Source: Paramicrosporidium saccamoebae KSL3
Lineage: Eukaryota > Fungi > Cryptomycota
NCBI GenBank assembly: GCA_002794465.1
Contig: MTSL01000098.1
Span: 1 to 5,243 of the forward strand
DNA length: 5,243 nucleotides
Direction: 5' to 3'
Shown: one piece after another, positions 1-5,243 of the stretch
Layout: every line of letters begins with the position of its first letter
Position numbering within the stretch: position 1 is the stretch's first letter
Translations under genes and position numbers: made by a program
The notes under the pieces: generated by a model
The model's input: the letters and a program-made list of their open reading frames with translations, nothing else
Told to the model about the DNA's origin: nothing
The model's database searches: none

Positions 1-105
1 CAGTCGTTATGGAATCAGCTGGACAGGTTGGTGGAGCCGTCGCAATATCCTTGCCGCTCTTTGCGTGTCTACGCGCCCCTTGAAGAACTTTAGAGGGCCA
101 CACAG

Positions 106-1024
106 ATGTTGGGGCTACGCCGACGTAGTAGTCAGCAGTGCGATCGGGTACCTCGCTACTGGGCTGCCCTCGTTCCTCTCATCATCCTATTGGGTCGATA
201 TCTCTGGAGCTGCCGGAAGCTAAGAAAGCTTGGAGAGAGTTATGCGGGGGTGTGTCCAGTGAGCAACCTGGATGCAGACACGCCATTTGAGCAGGCGTTG
301 TCGGTATCCCACATATGGATGACACTCACTTTTTTAGATTGCGTTCTATCAATATAGACGTATCACACCAATCTGCCTCGCGCGGCTACCAATGCCCCTT
401 TTGCAGAGAGTGTTCGACAGCAGAGTCAGCGGACGCCGCTGGTTGGGCTACAATGACTTTGTGGTTGAGTGTACCCGCGGAATCACTTTTAAGGATTTGG
501 ATGTCCTGAGGGAGAGGGCGGCGCTTCTGATCCTGGTCGATCCTTCAGTGGCCGACAAATGCCGCAAATGGTTTGTAGAGCGCGCAATGGCTCTGAGACT
601 ACATGACGCGTTTAAGGGGACCGGCCTGGCCACATTTATCCGAATCATTTGGCGAGACCGACGGCTCGATGCTGAATTGCTCGAGGACAGCACCCGGATC
701 AGCTGCACTTTAGATGCGCTATACCGTCTTGAGCGGCGGGGAAAAGATGGATTAGCGAAAAGTCTTTGTTCAGCTCTTAAAGACAACCATAATGATGTTG
801 AATGGGTGCAAAAAGTGTTGCCCTCGTATGCCGATCGTTACGCAGGTGCCACAGCAGTATCTTTAAAGTCCATGGTAAGAGATCAATGGAAGCTGTGGTA
901 CCAACCAGGGGACTATTCTGAGTGCCGGTTGTGCGGGTATCGGCCACCAAAGTACCGGGGCTGCCTGGAATTTCAGCTTCCGTGGATTCTGCAAACGGGC
1001 ATTGAGAAATCCGAGCCATTGTGA
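106..1024 (+). CDS. Hypothetical protein (orphan); spliced model join(106..303,338..1024), about 294 aa, with N-terminal hydrophobic/TM-like segment and C-terminal CxxC; 5' end uncertain
   Basis: ORF 106-357 (frame 1) and ORF 392-1024 (frame 2) join in frame if 304-337 is removed (...EQALS|IAFYQYRRITPICLARLPMPLL...). The frame-2 ORF opens immediately after the TAG at 335-337, which is also the putative acceptor. Hydrophobic stretch YWAALVPLIILLGRYLW is followed by basic RKLRK. CRLC motif lies at 923-934. No family recognised. Confidence 0.55.
304..337 (+). other. Putative 34-nt spliceosomal intron (an alternative in-frame donor at 259 would give 79 nt)
   Basis: Donor GTATCC at 304, branch-like CTCAC at 325-329, T6 run then AG at 336-337. 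Removal fuses two ORFs in phase 0. GTGAGC at 259 is also a phase-0 donor to the same acceptor. Confidence 0.55.
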
Positions 1025-1629
1025 CATTTGCTACTACAATGCCGAGGATAAGCCACCACTGCCGCTGAAGAATTTGATGACTGAGTGAGTAGCAGAGTTT
1101 GCGGACACGGCGTTGTTGGTGCGTGCTACTTGGATTCCTTAGACTGGAGATGAAATTCCTAAACCTGCCCTAGATCTTCCCAAGCGTCTACAGTCGCATA
1201 AGGACTCTAGATACTTGGAAGGAGCTAGGGTATGAATAGATTACTATAATTTGGACTGATATTTAATGACTAGTTCACAATGATGTCCAATGAGTAAATA
1301 ATTGCATGCCATCAAGCGTGTTTTATACGATTCTGTGGGCTGCCTCGATCAGAGATACTCCATGTGGTAGCGAGGTCGCCATTAATCAAAGTCTTCCCAG
1401 AGTGGGCGACTCCAGGGAGAGAACCAGCCCTTTCCTTTGTGCAATGACACTTGACATTGAGACAACCAGCCTGACCAATGGGCGACCTTTTACTTATCGG
1501 TCGAAATGGGGATTACCCAATTAGTCAATACGACGGATCGGTTGAACGATCTGTGATATGGACTGGATGAGATTCATTGGGTCGGGGTGATAAAAGCAAG
1601 AGGGGTCCTCGGGACGACGCCGAATAGCC

Positions 1630-2845
1630 ATGGCCACTGGCACCTCGCCCCTACCCGACGAAGCCGATCCGCATTGTCTATTTGTGGCCAAGTACGTTAT
1701 GCAAAGTCTCCCTAATCTGTAATTGCAGTCTGCCACAGCGAATGACCAATGAAGAACTGGCAGTAGCATTGCTGTCCATCTTCAAACCATTTGGACCGGT
1801 GACGTCGATCAAGGCCTCGCGGGATCAACGTGGCCGTCCCTTTGGCTTTGTGGAATATTCAGACGCCGGAGCAGCCGCCTCGGCCCTAGCCTATGGACCC
1901 TGTCTGACCTTGGACAGTCGGCGTTTGCGAGTAGAACCAGCAAAACGGCAACGGAAGCTCTGCATCAAAGTGCGGTTGGGCGCAGAGGAGCCGCTGGAGG
2001 GGGCGTTGGATGGATTGCGTCGAATGCTGCAGAGTCGCGTGCGGGATGAAGATTTCAAGTTGTCGTTGCAGGAAGAATGGGAAGGCCAATTAGTAGCCGC
2101 TGTCGTCAAGTTTGAGGACCCCGTCAAGGCACGTCAGGCAGCTGAAGGATGGAAAGAGGAGCGTCCCGAATGGGAAATGACATGGATCAACATGGACCGG
2201 GGAGTGTTTGGCTCAAATGTGCGAAACAGCGGATTGGTGCAATTAGTACCGGGAAATGATGGAACATTGGTAGGCTATTCATTTGCATCACGCTTCTCCC
2301 CACCACCCTCCCCATATTTGTTTGAGGGCCCGCCATCGCCTGCCCCCTTACTGTCGCCCCGTTACACGCCCAGTTATGAGGAGGCTGATTACAGTGCGCC
2401 CACCACTGACACGGATTCCTTTTCTGATGATCTCAACAAAATGTCATTGCAGCCTGATCTGTTGGAGGGATGGCTGGGCCATACCCTTTTTGTGGGCCGT
2501 CTTAATGGCCAATTGGTGACCATTCCGCTGTTGCACAATCTGTTCTCTCCCCACGGCGCTATCCATTACATCCGGTTATACAATCGTGGGGCAGTGGGTC
2601 TTGACGGGGTGCCTCTGGACGCCTATGTTTTTATCCGTTTCCACGAGCCCGATTCATTAGTCTCGGCCATGGCTGAGCATGGTCGTGTGTGGCTTGGACA
2701 GGCCATCAAATGTGAACACGCACGTGCAGCAGCGTTGGCTGCCGTGGTGGGTGGTCCGGTGGGTGGCAGTCCGTTCCAAATGTATTATCCAGGAAAATCC
2801 AATTGGTTTCGGGCCAAAATGACCAGCCCACCTCCCTGTGAATAA
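1630..2845 (+). CDS. Multi-RRM RNA-binding protein, Rim4/Msa1-like; join(1630..1691,1729..2845), 392 aa
   Basis: ATG at 1630 in gccATGg context, the first ATG after in-frame stops at 1588-1593. The spliced N-terminus MATGTSPLPDEADPHCLFVANLPQRMTNEEL restores RNP2 (LFVANL). RNP1 is RPFGFVEY, followed by LDSRRLRVEPAKRQRKLCI. A degenerate second RRM ends VVKFEDPVKARQA...EWEMTW. A third RRM has LFVGRL and AYVFIRF...GQAIKCEHAR. From my recollection of the family, the C-x-FVA-x-L, RD-x-x-x-RP-F/Y and R-x-LR-x-EPAK-x-x-R-x-L signatures match Rim4/Msa1 RRM1. Stop TAA at 2843-2845. Confidence 0.85.
1692..1728 (+). other. 37-nt spliceosomal intron interrupting RNP2 of RRM1
   Basis: Donor GTACGT at 1692, branch point CTAAT at 1712-1716, acceptor TGCAG ending at 1728. 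Splicing creates codon AA|T (Asn) and a textbook RNP2 motif. Confidence 0.9.
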
Positions 2846-2848
2846 GTA

Positions 2849-2854
2849 AATAAA
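2849..2854 (+). promoter_or_regulatory. Putative polyadenylation signal AATAAA of the RRM gene
   Basis: AATAAA begins 4 nt after the stop codon and is followed by a GT-rich element TCTGTGTCATGTTATT (2861-2876). Confidence 0.45.
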
Positions 2855-2983
2855 CTAGCCTCTGTGTCATGTTATTCCGCGGATGGAGTGGGGGCTGGGA
2901 GGATGGGGGATGAGGTGGAGTAGAGTGATTGATTTCCGAAACCGATACAAATCGTCTGTTAAACAGTACCTGCTCATGATAAC

Positions 2984-3093
2984 CTCACATACATTAATCT
3001 CGCACACGTTAATCTCACACACATTAGCCTCCCACCACACATTAATCTCACACACATTAACCTCACACCTCACACCACACATTGATCTCACAC
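2984..3093. repeat. Imperfect ~15-bp minisatellite, consensus CTCACACACATTAAT, about 6 copies plus partial units
   Basis: Units: 2984-2998 ctcacatacattaat; 2999-3013 ctcgcacacgttaat; 3014-3028 ctcacacacattagc; 3029-3046 ctcccaccacacattaat; 3047-3061 ctcacacacattaac; 3062-3068 partial ctcacac; 3069-3086 ctcacaccacacattgat; 3087-3093 partial ctcacac. Confidence 0.9.
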
Positions 3094-3103
3094 GCTACGT
3101 CAC

Positions 3104-3109
3104 TTTATT
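3104..3109 (-). promoter_or_regulatory. Putative polyadenylation signal AATAAA overlapping the NDUFS1 stop codon
   Basis: The minus strand reads ...AAT CTT TAA TAA AG: tandem TAA stops that contain AATAAA (plus-strand tttatt at 3104-3109). Confidence 0.4.
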
Positions 3110-5192
3110 AAAGATTCATCAAATGCTCTGTCACAGGTGGGGTAAAGGCAAGAGAACATTGGGCCATGGTCGGACTGTTTCGACTGATACAGTCTGTTAA
3201 ATAGTAATCCTTGATGGAATTCTCATAGGGAACCGCATTTGGCGTCGCTCCGCTAATCTCACATGTTGGTATTGTTCCTGGGGTCGTCTTTCCCAGTGTT
3301 AGGGCAGGATGTTCCTCTTGGATCTTTTGTCTTAGAGCATACTGATCGTCATAGGGAAGACGAATTTGACAAAACTCGGCCAATGCTCGGATAATGGACC
3401 AATCGTTACGTGCTTCACCTGGGGGAGGCACTGCCGCCCGTGTCTCTTGTACTCGTCCCTCCATATTCACATACAGTGCCGTCTTTTCAGTATATGCAGC
3501 TCCTGGAAGGATGAGATCGGCATGTTGGGCGCCCACATCACCGTGATGACCCTGGTATACCACAAAGGCCCCAGAGGGGAGTTGGGAGGGGGAGAAATCG
3601 TCTGCATTGAGCAGGTACACAAATTTGCTGGTCGATGGAATGGCCCCCGGCCTGCAGCCGAGCATCAGAGCGCCTGTCACGCTGGCAGTCAATGGCAACA
3701 TGCAGAATCCGTTCCATCCTTCTCGTCGCAGCTTTAATTGTTGTAACGTGTGCATTGTGGCATTTCGGTTGGGATGTTTCAAAAGAACGTCCTGTCCTAC
3801 CAACACTAGCGGACGTTGGGCCGATTCAAGAGTAGGGACAAATTTGCGAATCGCGTTCAAGTCAGTACCCAGGTGCTGATAGTCAAAGGTCAAATCGGAT
3901 TTGTCGCCCACAACGGCAATTTGCACATCATTCCGCAGCCACGTCTTTCGAAGACGTGCATTCAGCACGGCCGCCTCAGTCTTTGGATTACATCCCACTA
4001 GCAGAATGGCATCCGCCCTTTCCACATCAGAAATGGACACTCCGAATCGCAATTCCCTCAACAGATCAGATGGGAAGAGAGTGTCTTCCGTGTCATCAAT
4101 GAGGGCGTTTTTGGCTCCAATGGACTGCAACAGCTTTTCCATTACAAAAATGCTTTCCACATCAGCAAACCTTCCCACCACTGTTGAAATGCCATTCACT
4201 GCAGTTTCCGTTAATCGATCAGCCACCATTTGCAGTGCTGCTTCCCACGTTATTGGCACTACGGTATTGCCGATCCTATGTAATGGCTGTAGGAGACGCT
4301 GTTGTCGCAAGGCATCACAGGAAAAGCGACCTTTGTCGCCTAACCATTCTTCGTTAATCTGTTCATTGAGACGCGGTAGAATGCGCATCACTTCCATCCC
4401 ACGACTATCCACTTTGATATTGGCTCCTACTGCATCCATCACATCCACCGAATCAGTGTGACGCAATTCCCACGGACGAGCAATAAAGGCGTAGGGCCGA
4501 GAGGTCAACGCCCCCACCGGACACAAATCAATGACATTTCCAGAAAGGGGCGAATCGATCATCCGTCCAATATATGTGCCAATTTGCATGTCGTTTCCCC
4601 GGCCGGTGGTGCCTAATTGCGGAACCCCCGCCACTTCATTGGCAAAACGCACACAGCGGGTGCAATGGATGCAGCGGTTCATGCTCGTCTTGACTAACGG
4701 CCCAAAATCCTTATCCTCCACCGCCCGTTTTGCCTGTTTATTGATTTGGAAACGCGATCGATCCGCACCAAAGGCCATGGCCTGATCCTGCAGGTCGCAT
4801 TCCCCGCCTTGGTCACAGATCGGACAGTCCAGCGGATGATTTGCCAGCAGAAACTCCATCACTCCCTCCCGCGCCTTCTTCACTGCCGTCGACTGCGTTT
4901 CAATGCGCATTTCTGGTCCAATGGGCGCTGCACATGACGCCACCAATTTTGCACCGCCATTGACTTGCACCAGACACATGCGACAATTGCCTGCCACGGC
5001 CAGACGTTCGTGGTAGCAGAAGCGCGGAATGTCTACTCCCGCCAATGAACACGCCTGCATGATGGTTGACGTCTCTGGGACAGACAATTCCCTCTCGTCA
5101 ATCTTTACCTTTACCAATCTTTCATTGGGCACATTGACTGGCACTGTGGAAAGCCAACGGGGCAAAAGGCTCTTGTTGAGTACTCTCCTCAT
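3108..5192 (-). CDS. NDUFS1: NADH:ubiquinone oxidoreductase 75-kDa Fe-S subunit (complex I, NuoG/Nqo3 family), mitochondrial precursor, 694 aa, apparently intronless
   Basis: All diagnostic cluster motifs are present: N1b (RFCYHERLAVAGNCRMC...ASC), N5 (HPLDCPICDQGGECDLQDQ) and N4 (CIHCTRCVRF...DLCPVGAL). Also present are RPWEL, INEEWLGDKGRF, VVYQGHHGD, LPGAAYTEK, YVNMEGRVQ and the terminal YLTDCISRNSPTMAQC. The N7 position has DVMDAVG instead of CxxCxxxC, as in mitochondrial orthologues. Confidence 0.98.
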   Translation of the reverse strand: MRRVLNKSLLPRWLSTVPVNVPNERLVKVKIDERELSVPETSTIMQACSLAGVDIPRFCYHERLAVAGNCRMCLVQVNGGAKLVASCAAPIGPEMRIETQSTAVKKAREGVMEFLLANHPLDCPICDQGGECDLQDQAMAFGADRSRFQINKQAKRAVEDKDFGPLVKTSMNRCIHCTRCVRFANEVAGVPQLGTTGRGNDMQIGTYIGRMIDSPLSGNVIDLCPVGALTSRPYAFIARPWELRHTDSVDVMDAVGANIKVDSRGMEVMRILPRLNEQINEEWLGDKGRFSCDALRQQRLLQPLHRIGNTVVPITWEAALQMVADRLTETAVNGISTVVGRFADVESIFVMEKLLQSIGAKNALIDDTEDTLFPSDLLRELRFGVSISDVERADAILLVGCNPKTEAAVLNARLRKTWLRNDVQIAVVGDKSDLTFDYQHLGTDLNAIRKFVPTLESAQRPLVLVGQDVLLKHPNRNATMHTLQQLKLRREGWNGFCMLPLTASVTGALMLGCRPGAIPSTSKFVYLLNADDFSPSQLPSGAFVVYQGHHGDVGAQHADLILPGAAYTEKTALYVNMEGRVQETRAAVPPPGEARNDWSIIRALAEFCQIRLPYDDQYALRQKIQEEHPALTLGKTTPGTIPTCEISGATPNAVPYENSIKDYYLTDCISRNSPTMAQCSLAFTPPVTEHLMNL
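5148..5192 (-). other. Mitochondrial targeting presequence of NDUFS1 (MRRVLNKSLLPRWLS)
   Basis: Arg/Lys/Ser/Leu-rich with no acidic residues, ending in an R-W-L-S MPP-type cleavage context ahead of the conserved 2Fe-2S domain. This indicates a nuclear gene rather than a mitochondrial nad11 or bacterial nuoG. Confidence 0.7.
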
Positions 5193-5228
5193 ACTCCGAA
5201 GCCAGGGTGAGTGTAGTATAGTAGTAGT

Positions 5229-5243
5229 GGGGGGGGGGGGGGG
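5229..5243. repeat. G15 homopolymer at the window end, preceded by low-complexity gtgtagtatagtagtagt
   Basis: Read directly from the sequence; the run continues to the last base. Confidence 0.9.

Noticed and set aside
448-1019. Minus-strand ORFs 448-786 and 777-1019, and ORF 315-509
   Set aside because: Antisense to the longer + strand gene model, with no domain signal.
1075-1259. Possible C/D box snoRNA (TGATGA at 1076-1081, CTGA at 1256-1259)
   Set aside because: The C box lacks the leading purine, the terminal stem is only about 3 bp, and no guide complementarity is recognisable.
1682-1728. ORF-track N-terminus MWPSTLCKVSLICNCS of the RRM protein
   Set aside because: It starts at a TTG and reads through the intron; the spliced ATG-1630 model restores RNP2 and has canonical splice signals.
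1306-1769. Short ORFs 1306-1524 (+) and 1521-1769 (-)
   Set aside because: Short, no homology signal; they lie in the probable promoter or overlap the first exon of the RRM gene.
2984-3093. Repeat array as a CRISPR or telomeric array
   Set aside because: There are no unique spacers or cas genes, and the context is eukaryotic. The array is internal, degenerate and only superficially TG-rich.
2883-3200. 105-aa + strand ORF with SHTLI repeats, and the opposite 74-aa ORF 2867-3091 with CEINV repeats
   Set aside because: Both are translations of the 15-bp minisatellite, which stays open because its unit length is a multiple of 3. The first also overlaps NDUFS1 antisense. Neither shows protein-like features.
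3366-4937. Several ORFs opposite NDUFS1 (3366-3737, 3901-4461, 4531-4785, 4746-4937 and others)
   Set aside because: Shadow ORFs of a strongly conserved gene, with no recognisable motifs.
3108-5192. Bacterial nuoG or mitochondrion-encoded nad11 origin
   Set aside because: It has an N-terminal presequence, no neighbouring nuo/nad genes, flanking genes with spliceosomal introns and moderate GC content.
5196-5201. C(UUCG)G tetraloop motif just upstream of the NDUFS1 ATG on the minus strand
   Set aside because: Only the closing C-G pair forms; there is no extended stem.

Overview
This is eukaryotic nuclear DNA, gene-dense and intron-poor, with very short GT-AG introns. The gene content looks fungal-like; a compact early-diverging fungal or Rozellomycota-type genome is my inference, not something shown here. 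There are three protein genes. (1) An orphan + strand gene (about 106-1024), which the ORF track splits in two and which rejoins through a short intron; it has an N-terminal hydrophobic segment and a C-terminal CxxC. (2) A + strand three-RRM RNA-binding protein resembling fungal Rim4/Msa1, join(1630..1691,1729..2845), whose true start is hidden by a 37-nt intron. (3) A convergent, apparently intronless gene for the 75-kDa Fe-S subunit of mitochondrial complex I (NDUFS1/NuoG family, 3108-5192, - strand) with a mitochondrial presequence. The 262-bp gap between genes 2 and 3 is highly structured: an AATAAA at or beside each stop codon, a G-rich tract, a degenerate copy of NDUFS1 3' coding sequence and a ~15-bp minisatellite. 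The window ends in a G15 run. I see no rRNA, tRNA, CRISPR or mobile element, and no clearly new multi-gene system. The most interesting items are the short Rim4-like protein and the intergenic architecture.
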